In this document: positions 53,398 to 62,081 of the stretch, piece by piece
Numbering within the stretch: position 1 is the first letter of the stretch
How the letters are laid out: the number at the start of each line of letters is the position of its first letter
Source of the DNA: Bacillales bacterium UBA6259
Lineage (GTDB): Bacteria; Bacillota; Bacilli; Tepidibacillales; Tepidibacillaceae
DNA: 64,000 nucleotides
Assembly (NCBI GenBank): GCA_002441135.1
Contig: DJVJ01000047.1
Span: 49,078-113,077, forward strand
Direction of reading: 5' to 3'
Made by a program: the position numbers and the translations under genes
The notes under the pieces: model-generated
Told to the model about the DNA's origin: nothing
The model's input: only the letters and a program-made list of their open reading frames with translations
The model's database searches: none

Positions 53398-54138
53398 ATG
53401 AAAAATATACAAGTAATTGCTCATCGAGGGGTATCGTCTATCAGTCCGGAGAATACCATGATTGCTTTTGAAAGAGCTGTTGAAATTGGAGCAAATGCGA
53501 TTGAAACCGATGTACAAATGACAAAAGACGGACACTTGGTTTTAATTCATGATGAAAGGTTAAATCGAACTACCAATGGAAAAGGATGGGTAAAGGATTT
53601 TACTTTAGCAGAAATAAAAAAACTAGATGCGGGTAGCTGGTTCTCCTCAATCTATGCTAGTCAAACTATTCCTACTTTAGATGAGCTTTTCACGTTAATT
53701 AAACCAACCAATTTATGGTTAAACTTAGAGATAAAAGATGGGTTTATTCTTTATCCGGGTATTGAAGAAAAAATAGCTTTAAAGATAAAGGAATATCAGC
53801 TAGAAGATCGTGTGATTATATCGAGCTTTAATCATTATTCTGTAGTGAAGATAAAAGAATTGGCATCAGAGCTTAAAACTGCTATCTTATATATGGAAGG
53901 TTTATATCAACCATGGACCTATGCAAAGCAAATAGGAGCGATGGCATTGCATCCATCAAAGGAGCTTGTATTTCCAGAAATTATATATGGTGCTCATCAG
54001 GTAGGGATGAAGGTCTATCCTTACACTGTTAACGATAAAGAAGAAATGAAAACTTTAATCAGAATGGGAGTAGATGGGTTAATTACTAATTACCCAGACA
54101 GGCTTCTATTGTTACTTAAAGAATTAAAGAAAAACTAG
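53398..54138 (+). CDS. Glycerophosphodiester phosphodiesterase (GDPD family)
   Basis: VIAHRG ... ENT ... IETDVQMTKDGHLVLIHDERLNRTTNGKG is the GDPD catalytic signature. Confidence 0.9.
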   Translation: MKNIQVIAHRGVSSISPENTMIAFERAVEIGANAIETDVQMTKDGHLVLIHDERLNRTTNGKGWVKDFTLAEIKKLDAGSWFSSIYASQTIPTLDELFTLIKPTNLWLNLEIKDGFILYPGIEEKIALKIKEYQLEDRVIISSFNHYSVVKIKELASELKTAILYMEGLYQPWTYAKQIGAMALHPSKELVFPEIIYGAHQVGMKVYPYTVNDKEEMKTLIRMGVDGLITNYPDRLLLLLKELKKN

Positions 54139-54168
54139 ATATTATTATTGTAGGAGGAATTTTTTTTC

Positions 54169-54813
54169 ATGGGTAGACTTCGTAGAAAAGCTTGGGTTAA
54201 GGATGAAATTTTAGGATATACCGATTATTTGGTAGTAGAGCCTGAACAGAACAAAGGGATATGGAACCGTATATTTAATAATAACAACCCTATTCATGCT
54301 GAATTTGGAACGGGTCGCGGTCAATTTATTACTACACTAGCCAAAAATCATCCGGATCGTAATTATATTGCAATGGAACTACGAGAAGAAGTTTTAATTA
54401 AAGCGGTTAAAAAGGCTGCGGACCAAGAATTAACGAATATTCGATTTATCTTAGGGAATGTAGATGATATCCTTAAAATTTTTGAGGAAAATGAGTTATC
54501 CCGTATTTTTCTTAACTTTGTTGATCCATGGCCGAAAAAAAGACATGCGAAAAGAAGACTGACGCATCATCATTATTTGAATATGTACAAACATATTTTA
54601 GTGGAAAAAGGAGAAATTCACTTTAAGAGTGATAATGAGCTATTATTTGAATTCTCCTTAAACGAGCTTATTCACCATGGTTTGAAGTTAAAAAACATTA
54701 GCTTAAACCTATATCGAGAAGAAGGAAGTATTGATCAGCATGTGCAAACAGAATACGAAGAAATGTTTATTAAAAGAGGAAAACCAATTTATCGATTAGA
54801 AGCAAGCTTTTAA
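54169..54813 (+). CDS. trmB: tRNA (guanine46-N7)-methyltransferase
   Basis: 214 aa. EFGTGRGQF SAM motif and FVDPWPKKRHAKRRL, characteristic of TrmB. Confidence 0.9.
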   Translation: MGRLRRKAWVKDEILGYTDYLVVEPEQNKGIWNRIFNNNNPIHAEFGTGRGQFITTLAKNHPDRNYIAMELREEVLIKAVKKAADQELTNIRFILGNVDDILKIFEENELSRIFLNFVDPWPKKRHAKRRLTHHHYLNMYKHILVEKGEIHFKSDNELLFEFSLNELIHHGLKLKNISLNLYREEGSIDQHVQTEYEEMFIKRGKPIYRLEASF

Positions 54814-54970
54814 TAAAACCGTGATATATTGCTGAAGATCCTGGCTGAAGAGTCAGGGTCTTTTTTATTGAAAAATATTTTCTCGAAAAATAAATGTAAC
54901 TGAAATAATCATGATATTATAAATAAAATGAATATTCACCAAAATCAGGAGGAATAAGGAGAGAGAAAAA

Positions 54971-56137
54971 TTGATATCTAATTTAACCGAATTTTATATA
55001 CCTACAAAAATGAAAATTGGGGTAGGTTCATCAGAGCAAACAGGAGAACTAATAAAGGAATATGGGCTAAAAAAACTTCTTATTGTAACAGATCAAGGGG
55101 TTATTAACGCCCATCTGATGGATGGAATTGAAAAGTCATTAAAAGAGAGTAACATTGATTATTTAGTATTTGATGAAGTTGAACCTAACCCAAGTTCAGA
55201 GATTGCCTTAAAAGGAGTTCAATTTTTAAAACAACATGAATGTGACGGTCTACTAGCAATTGGTGGCGGAAGCAGTATTGATACAGCAAAAGGAATTGCG
55301 GTATTGGCCACCAATGAAGGAGATATTCTTGACTATGAGGGATTTGGTAAAATCAAAAACCCAGCTCTTCCACTAGTTGTAATCCCTACAACTGCCGGAA
55401 CAGGGAGTGAGGCTACCCCTTCTACAGTATTTACAAATAAAAAAACATCCTTTAAAACAGCCATTTTAAGCCCACATCTTTATCCGAAATTGGCTATTTT
55501 AGATCCGCTGTTAACGATTAACTTACCACCATCGATAACAGCGGCGACAGGAATGGATGCACTAACTCACGCAATCGAATCCTACATCTCTAAATTTGCG
55601 AATCCTGTTAGCCAAGCACTAGGGATTCATGCGATTAAGCTAATTGGCGAAAATCTGTCAAATGCTTATTTTGTAGGGACTAACGTAAAGGCTAGAGAGG
55701 AAATGCTAGTTGCATCTATGATTGCTGGTATTGCTTTTGCTCATGCTAAATTAGGTAATGTTCATGCGATTTCACACACCTTTAGCGGCATCTTTAATAT
55801 TCCGCATGGCATTGCCAATGCTGCTTTATTGCCCTTTGTTATGAAATACAATTTACCAGCTGCTCCTGGTCAGATGAAGGAAATTGCCGTTGCCTTAGGA
55901 AAAGACGTTACAGGCCTAACCACAATTGCAGCTGGAGAAAAAGCGATAGAAGCGGTTGTGGAGATGAACAAAGCATTTGATATCCCAAATAATATTAAGG
56001 ATTTAGGAGTCACACTAGACCTATTACCTAAAATGGTAGAGGACTCAATGCGTAGTGGGAATGTAAAAGCAAATCCTAGACTAACAAAAGCAGCTGACAT
56101 AAAACAGATTATTGAGAACGCTTATTATGGGATTTGA
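54971..56137 (+). CDS. Iron-containing (group III) alcohol dehydrogenase
   Basis: GGGSSIDTAKG and TTAGTGSE nucleotide-binding motifs. His cluster DALTHAIE ... HAISH. TTG start after AAGGAGAG. Confidence 0.85.
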   Translation: MISNLTEFYIPTKMKIGVGSSEQTGELIKEYGLKKLLIVTDQGVINAHLMDGIEKSLKESNIDYLVFDEVEPNPSSEIALKGVQFLKQHECDGLLAIGGGSSIDTAKGIAVLATNEGDILDYEGFGKIKNPALPLVVIPTTAGTGSEATPSTVFTNKKTSFKTAILSPHLYPKLAILDPLLTINLPPSITAATGMDALTHAIESYISKFANPVSQALGIHAIKLIGENLSNAYFVGTNVKAREEMLVASMIAGIAFAHAKLGNVHAISHTFSGIFNIPHGIANAALLPFVMKYNLPAAPGQMKEIAVALGKDVTGLTTIAAGEKAIEAVVEMNKAFDIPNNIKDLGVTLDLLPKMVEDSMRSGNVKANPRLTKAADIKQIIENAYYGI

Positions 56138-56147
56138 GGGAATTGAT

Positions 56148-57410
56148 ATGGAAAAATGGCCGAAATTTTATAAAGTAAGACAGTCTTTTGAGAATCAGCC
56201 AAGAGTTAGCGATATTAAGGAAGAAGTGAATCGTCAATTAAATATGATTCTAGCCCATTGTGACTTAAAAGCTGGATCAACTATTGCTATTCCAGCTGGT
56301 AGTCGAGGAATTGCTCATATTCCAGAGATATTAAAAACGATCGTTACAGCACTCCAAAATAAGGGGTTTAAACCTTTTTTGTTCTCTGCAATGGGAAGTC
56401 ATGGTGGTGGAACAAAGGAAGGTCAACGTGAGATTTTAGACAGCCTAAATATAACAGAGCAAACGATCGGTTGCCCTATAATTGCTTCATCGGAAACAGT
56501 AGTGCTTGGTGAAGTAGTTGTTAAGCAGCATAAATTGAAGGTATATACTGCCAAAGAAGCAATGGAAGCTGATTATGTTTTATTGGTGAACCGCATCAAG
56601 GCACATACCTCATTTGTAGGTCCGCATGAAAGTGGATTGCTAAAAATGATGGCGGTTGGTATGGGGAGAGCAAATGGTGCTTCCATGGTTCATTCGGTAG
56701 GAGCAGAATATCTTGCTGATTCTATTCCTGCCATTGCTAGAAAGGTGATAGAGCATCTTCCTGTCATTGGTGGCCTAGCAATTGTAGAAAACGCTGAAGA
56801 AGAAATTGCGGTTGTTAAAGGACTGGGCAAGGAAGAATTAATCGCAGGTGACCAAGAATTATTACAAACAGCTAAATCATTCATGCCAAGGCTTCCAATT
56901 ACCGAGATTGATTTTGCGCTGATTAAAGAAATGGGTAAAAATTATAGTGGTACTGGAATGGATACCAATGTGATTGGCCGGTTACGTATAGAGGGGATGG
57001 ATGAACCGAAGCATATCCTTATTCGTTATCTCGCTGTTTTAGACTTATCGGAGGAATCACATGGTAACGCAACTGGCATTGGGTTAGCCGATTTTACGAC
57101 TGAATATCTCGTCAATAAAATTGACAGAAAGGCAACCTATTTGAATTGTATGACCAGTGGTTTTGTTACTCGAGCTGCTATTCCGATGACTTTTTCAAAT
57201 GATAAGGAACTTTTTAAAGGCTTTGAGCAAGTAGTAAAGCAAGAGGATTTAATAGGATTTAAAATGATCATTCTTAAAAACACTCTACATCTGGATGAAT
57301 TTTGGGTTTCTGAAGCAATCTATCGAGATATCATCGATCGAGAAGATATAAAGGTGCTATCAGAACCGATAGAGATAGGCTTTGACTATCGAGATAGACT
57401 AGCATTTTAA
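56148..57410 (+). CDS. LarA-like (DUF2088, lactate-racemase N-terminal domain) protein
   Basis: ~420 aa. Segment ADYVLLVNRIKAHTSFVGPHESGLLKMM parallels recalled LarA ADLLISEGFIESHFFAGFSGGRKS. The upstream SDHTRP-type His is not obviously conserved. GAGGGA RBS before ATG 56148. Confidence 0.55.
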   Translation: MEKWPKFYKVRQSFENQPRVSDIKEEVNRQLNMILAHCDLKAGSTIAIPAGSRGIAHIPEILKTIVTALQNKGFKPFLFSAMGSHGGGTKEGQREILDSLNITEQTIGCPIIASSETVVLGEVVVKQHKLKVYTAKEAMEADYVLLVNRIKAHTSFVGPHESGLLKMMAVGMGRANGASMVHSVGAEYLADSIPAIARKVIEHLPVIGGLAIVENAEEEIAVVKGLGKEELIAGDQELLQTAKSFMPRLPITEIDFALIKEMGKNYSGTGMDTNVIGRLRIEGMDEPKHILIRYLAVLDLSEESHGNATGIGLADFTTEYLVNKIDRKATYLNCMTSGFVTRAAIPMTFSNDKELFKGFEQVVKQEDLIGFKMIILKNTLHLDEFWVSEAIYRDIIDREDIKVLSEPIEIGFDYRDRLAF

Positions 57411-57441
57411 TAATTTCTGTGATGGGTGGAGGGAGAAAGAA

Positions 57442-58848
57442 ATGGAACAGAGAATCATAGAAGCAATTAAAAGTATAATTAAGGACAATAGAAGGGTAAT
57501 GACAGAAATCACCGACCTTTACAGTTATTCTTATGATGCTTCCTTTGGTACATATTTACCTGAGATGGTTGTCCAACCAAAAACCGCTATTGAAATAAGA
57601 GAGATAATGAAACTAGCAAACCAAGAAAAGTTTGCTGTATATCCAAGAGGACAATCTACTGGACTAAGCGGAGGCGCATTACCTGTAAAAGGTGGAGTAG
57701 TATTAGATCTCTCCAAAATGAATGAAACACTAATTATAGATCCGGAAAATTTAATCGCTATCGTTTCTCCGGGTGTTTTAACGGCAGATATCCATAAAGA
57801 AGCAGAGAAATATGGTTTAATCTATCCACCAGATCCTAGCAGTTCTCAGGTATCTACCATTGGTGGTAACCTTGCCGAAAATTCCGGTGGGCCAAAAGGA
57901 CTTAAATATGGAGTAACTAAAGATTATGTGATTGGATTAGAGGTCGTTACTCCTGAAGGAGAAATTATTCGTACAGGTGGAAAAACAGTAAAGAATGTTA
58001 CTGGATATGACTTAACAAAATTAATTGTGGGCTCTGAAGGAACATTAGCGATTATTACCGAGGCAATATTGCGCTTAATACCAAAGCCCCCTGCAACCAA
58101 AACCGCTATGGCTATTTTCGATGATTTAGTAGATTCGGGTAAAGCGATTTCTCAGATCTTATCGAATGGTATATTACCATCAAAGCTTGAATTAATGGAT
58201 CAGGCCTCTATTCATGCGGTAGAAAGCTATGAACCAATCGGTTTACCAATGGATGCGGAAGCTATTTTATTAATAGAGGTTGATGGTCATCCAAAAGCGG
58301 TGGAGGATGAAATTATAAAGGTGGAGGCAATTGCTAAAAACGCGAATGCTAGAGAGGTAAAAGTGGCTAAAACAAAAGAGGAAACGGAAAATCTATGGCA
58401 AGTGAGGAAACTGGTTTCTCCTGCTATAGTACAAATTAAACCAACAAAAATTTCTGAGGATGCCACTGTTCCTAGAAGTAAAATTCCAGAGATGATGCAA
58501 AAACTAAAAGAAATCAAAGAAAAGTATCAAATCCACTTAGTTGTATTTGGACACGCAGGTGATGGAAATCTTCATCCGAATATCATTGCCGATAAAAGAG
58601 ACAAAGAAGAAATGAAAAGGGTAGAGCAAGCAGTAAAAGAAATATTTGAAGCAACGATTGCACTTGGTGGAACATTATCTGGTGAACATGGAATAGGTAC
58701 AATGAAGGCTCCTTTCATGGAAATGGAATTAGGTCCAGCTGGTGTAGATATGATGAAAAGAATTAAGGATGCATGGGACCCTAATCATGTTCTTAATCCA
58801 GGCAAAATCTTTCCGGATTCAGGACAAAAGCTGGTGTTAAGTGAATGA
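57442..58848 (+). CDS. glcD: FAD-linked oxidase, GlcD / D-lactate dehydrogenase type
   Basis: 468 aa. FAD_binding_4 motifs (PRGQSTGLSGGALP, GYDLTKLIVGSEGTLAIITEA) and C-terminal SGEHGIG. Confidence 0.75.
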   Translation: MEQRIIEAIKSIIKDNRRVMTEITDLYSYSYDASFGTYLPEMVVQPKTAIEIREIMKLANQEKFAVYPRGQSTGLSGGALPVKGGVVLDLSKMNETLIIDPENLIAIVSPGVLTADIHKEAEKYGLIYPPDPSSSQVSTIGGNLAENSGGPKGLKYGVTKDYVIGLEVVTPEGEIIRTGGKTVKNVTGYDLTKLIVGSEGTLAIITEAILRLIPKPPATKTAMAIFDDLVDSGKAISQILSNGILPSKLELMDQASIHAVESYEPIGLPMDAEAILLIEVDGHPKAVEDEIIKVEAIAKNANAREVKVAKTKEETENLWQVRKLVSPAIVQIKPTKISEDATVPRSKIPEMMQKLKEIKEKYQIHLVVFGHAGDGNLHPNIIADKRDKEEMKRVEQAVKEIFEATIALGGTLSGEHGIGTMKAPFMEMELGPAGVDMMKRIKDAWDPNHVLNPGKIFPDSGQKLVLSE

Positions 58849-60128
58849 TGTTAAAAGATGAGCTTCGCTATGACCTAGTTAATCGTTGTGTACAATGTGG
58901 ATATTGCTTACCTGTTTGTCCTACTTATATGACCATGGAAAGGGAAACCCAATCTCCTAGGGGTAGAATTAATTTGGTGAAGATGGTTGCAGAAGGGAGA
59001 ATTACTAACCTTGAAATAATCAAAGAGCCAATTGATTTATGTGTTGCTTGTCGTGCTTGTGAGGTAGCTTGCCCTACTGGAGTAGAATATGGGAAAATAT
59101 TAGATGCCGCTAAATTAGCCTTAGAGAAAAGAAAGGTTTATACCTCTTCAACCAAGTTAATCCGTAACATCTTATTCAAGAAGGTATTTCCAAAGCAAAA
59201 AGTAATGGTAACTTTAAGTAATCTTGTCTGGTTTTATCAGAAAATGGGATTACAGAAGTTAGCACATACAACAAATGCACTTAAAATATTACCAAATCAT
59301 TTAGGTGAGTTTGAAGAAGTTATACCTAGGATTACTTCTCCTAGCAATAGGGGGAAAAATAAAGAGTATCAAAAGATTAAATCACCAACACTTAAAGTGG
59401 CTTTTTTTCAAGGATGTGTAATGGAAGCCATTTATGAACGAATTAATCATTATACTTTAGAACTCCTAAATCTAGCTAATGTCGATGTGGTTATTCCTGA
59501 AAAGCAAACATGTTGTGGAGCGTTGCATGCTCATTCAGGAGAACATGATCATGCAGTTGAATTGGCAAAACAGAATATTGAGGCGTTTGAAAACCTTGAA
59601 GTAGATTATATTGTAAATAATGCTGGTGGATGTGGAGCAGCATTAAAAGAATATGATCAATTATTGGCTAATGATTCGGAATACGCGGAGAGAGCGAAGG
59701 AATTTGTAAATAAAGTTAAGGATATTAGTGAGATATTAGTAAAAGGAGAGCCTATCGTTTTTAAGAAAGGGATCAATGAAGTAGTAACCTACCAACGCTC
59801 ATGTCATATGACCAATGTTCAAAAGGTGAAAGATGAACCCCTTCTTTTAATTCAATCCATTCCAGGTTTGAAATTAGCGGAAATGCAAAGACCAAATATG
59901 TGCTGTGGGTCTGGTGGAATCTATAATATGATTCATTACAAGGAATCAATGAAAATTTTAGATTTAAAAATGGATACAGTAAAAGAGACACATGCCACAA
60001 CGATTATTACCACCAATCCGGGCTGTCTTATTCAAATGCAAAAGGGAATTATTGATCAAGGGTTAAAGGGAAGGGTTCGTTCAGTCCATTTAGTTGAACT
60101 ATTAGCAGAAGCAGCAGGAATAAAATAA
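58845..60128 (+). CDS. glcF: Fe-S subunit, GlcF type (2x[4Fe-4S] ferredoxin N-terminus plus two CCG domains)
   Basis: CVQCGYCLPVCP and CVACRACEVACP cluster motifs. CCG-type cysteines (QTCCGA, NMCCGSGG). ATGA overlap with the upstream gene. Confidence 0.75.
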   Translation: MMLKDELRYDLVNRCVQCGYCLPVCPTYMTMERETQSPRGRINLVKMVAEGRITNLEIIKEPIDLCVACRACEVACPTGVEYGKILDAAKLALEKRKVYTSSTKLIRNILFKKVFPKQKVMVTLSNLVWFYQKMGLQKLAHTTNALKILPNHLGEFEEVIPRITSPSNRGKNKEYQKIKSPTLKVAFFQGCVMEAIYERINHYTLELLNLANVDVVIPEKQTCCGALHAHSGEHDHAVELAKQNIEAFENLEVDYIVNNAGGCGAALKEYDQLLANDSEYAERAKEFVNKVKDISEILVKGEPIVFKKGINEVVTYQRSCHMTNVQKVKDEPLLLIQSIPGLKLAEMQRPNMCCGSGGIYNMIHYKESMKILDLKMDTVKETHATTIITTNPGCLIQMQKGIIDQGLKGRVRSVHLVELLAEAAGIK

Positions 60129-60192
60129 AAATACGCTGGATTTTCTCCGGCGTATTTCATTCCAGCATATTTAATTGGAGTAAATGATTCAA

Positions 60193-60831
60193 TTAATGAA
60201 GCTTCTTAATTTCATTTAGTATAGTGGCTTCAATATCCTCTAAGCTCTTTTCATAAAACACTTCCCATTCTATTCTCTGTGGGCTAGGTAAAAGATTGAC
60301 TGTTAAATCAATATCTACTTGTCTAAGATTGTTATTCTGCCATTTAATGAAGCTATAATAAAGAAGTCTAGCAAGGAAAATTGGGTAATCTAAACCTTTA
60401 GATAGAAGAAGAATCTGATCAAGTTCCTGCTGTTCCTTTAATGAAGGAATGTGCTCGTAAATTTCTCCGATTCGAGAATAGGCACGTAGTAATTCTGCTG
60501 GGATATTTAGGGTTGTTGATTCTGGAACAAGGAAATATTTAAAATAAGTCTGGCTAGCCATTTGCAAATAGCTTTCAAAATCTTCTACCTGAAACTTGAT
60601 TCCCCGATCTAATGCTTTGCATACAGAATCCTCTAATGTAAAGTAGAAGGTATTATCATCTAAATGGTTATATAATGGTCTTATTTTAGAAAGATTTTTC
60701 ATATAGTAATATTTGATTTGGTCTTTTGCAAAGCTATCTCCTTTAAGAGATTGCTTCCAATAGTTTATTAGCTCTTCAGAAGTATAATTTTTAACTAGTT
60801 CTAACTTTTTTATCTTTTGATCTGCACTCAT
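60193..60831 (-). CDS. Hypothetical protein (212 aa) with weak sigma-70 region 2 / region 4-like segments
   Basis: Clean ORF with a GAGGG RBS. KGDSFAKDQIKYYYMKNLSKI, FESYLQMASQTYFKYF and LPSPQRIEWEVFYEKSLEDIEATI resemble ECF-sigma region 2.1, 2.3/2.4 and 4.1/4.2 patterns, by eye only. Confidence 0.45.
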   Translation of the reverse strand: MSADQKIKKLELVKNYTSEELINYWKQSLKGDSFAKDQIKYYYMKNLSKIRPLYNHLDDNTFYFTLEDSVCKALDRGIKFQVEDFESYLQMASQTYFKYFLVPESTTLNIPAELLRAYSRIGEIYEHIPSLKEQQELDQILLLSKGLDYPIFLARLLYYSFIKWQNNNLRQVDIDLTVNLLPSPQRIEWEVFYEKSLEDIEATILNEIKKLH

Positions 60832-60934
60832 GATTGATAACCCTCATTTCCTTAAGCATCTAATATCTATTATAATATGGAGAGAATGAAAATGGTTCAA
60901 AAATTTGATCAGCAAATTGGAGGTTATTTTTACG

Positions 60935-61990
60935 ATGAATAAAAACATTGATATATCCTACATAACAGATTCTTTAATGGATTTAGTAAATATTCCAAGT
61001 CCATCTGGAAATACCAAAAAAATTATCCAATGGATTAGTATTCAATTGGATCAGCTTCAGGTTTCTTACACCATCGCTAATAAAGGTTTATTGCTTGCTA
61101 CTATTCCGGGAAAAAATAATGAGCAGCATCGTTTACTTACAGCCCACGTAGATACCTTAGGTGCAATGGTAAAGGAACTTAATGAAGATGGTACTTTAAG
61201 AATTACCAATATTGGTGGCTTTCGCTGGAATTCAGTGGAAGGAGAATATTGCTTGATTGATTCAGAGACAGAAACCTTTACAGGTACAATCTTAACCACG
61301 CAACCTTCAGTACACGTTTATAAGGATAGTGGTAAGCTAGAACGATCAGAGGAAAATATGGTGGTTCGTCTTGATGAAAAGGTTACTTCAAAAGAAGAGT
61401 TAGAAAAGCTTGGAATTGAAGTTGGGGATTTTGTCAGTTTTGACCCAAGAGCTGTAATTACTAAGAAAGGCTTTGTGAAGAGCAGACATTTAGATGATAA
61501 GGCATCGGTTGCTATTTTACTTGGAATTATTAAAACCATTAAAGACCAACAAATGGAATTACCTTATACCACTCATTTTTTAATTAGCAACAATGAAGAA
61601 ATAGGCTACGGGGGTAATTCCAATATTCCTGACCAAACAGTAGAGTTTCTTGCCGTGGATATGGGAGCTATTGGTGTAGGGCAAGCAACAGATGAATATA
61701 CCGTATCTATTTGTGCAAAGGATTCTTCAGGTCCTTATCATTTAGGCTTTAGAAGAAAGCTAGTTCAACTCGCCAAAGAGAATGGAATTGGCTATAAGGT
61801 AGATATTTATCCTTACTATGGTTCAGATGCTAGTGCTGCACTAAGAGCGGGTGCAGATATAATTCACGGATTAATTGGTCCTGGAATCGATGCATCTCAC
61901 TCGAATGAGAGAACGCATATTACTTCCTTAGAAGAAACGGCAAAATTAGTTTATGCGTATATCACTTCAGAAGAATTAGTAGAAAAATAA
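60935..61990 (+). CDS. M42-family metallo-aminopeptidase (glutamyl aminopeptidase / FrvX-like)
   Basis: IPSPSGN N-terminal motif, TAHVDTLG, HLDDKASVA and SNNEEIGYGG metal-ligand motifs. GGAGG RBS before ATG 60935. Confidence 0.8.
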   Translation: MNKNIDISYITDSLMDLVNIPSPSGNTKKIIQWISIQLDQLQVSYTIANKGLLLATIPGKNNEQHRLLTAHVDTLGAMVKELNEDGTLRITNIGGFRWNSVEGEYCLIDSETETFTGTILTTQPSVHVYKDSGKLERSEENMVVRLDEKVTSKEELEKLGIEVGDFVSFDPRAVITKKGFVKSRHLDDKASVAILLGIIKTIKDQQMELPYTTHFLISNNEEIGYGGNSNIPDQTVEFLAVDMGAIGVGQATDEYTVSICAKDSSGPYHLGFRRKLVQLAKENGIGYKVDIYPYYGSDASAALRAGADIIHGLIGPGIDASHSNERTHITSLEETAKLVYAYITSEELVEK

Positions 61991-62023
61991 AAAACGTTGA
62001 AACAAAAAATCAGCCAAAATAAA

Positions 62024-62056
62024 AAAGGTTACTGAGTGCTAAACTCAGTAACCTTT
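62024..62056. terminator. Bidirectional terminator between the M42 peptidase and the convergent AGCS gene
   Basis: 13-bp stem AAAGGTTACTGAG / CTCAGTAACCTTT with a 7-nt loop. Confidence 0.8.
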
Positions 62057-62081
62057 AACTTAGTACCCCTTACCTTAACTT

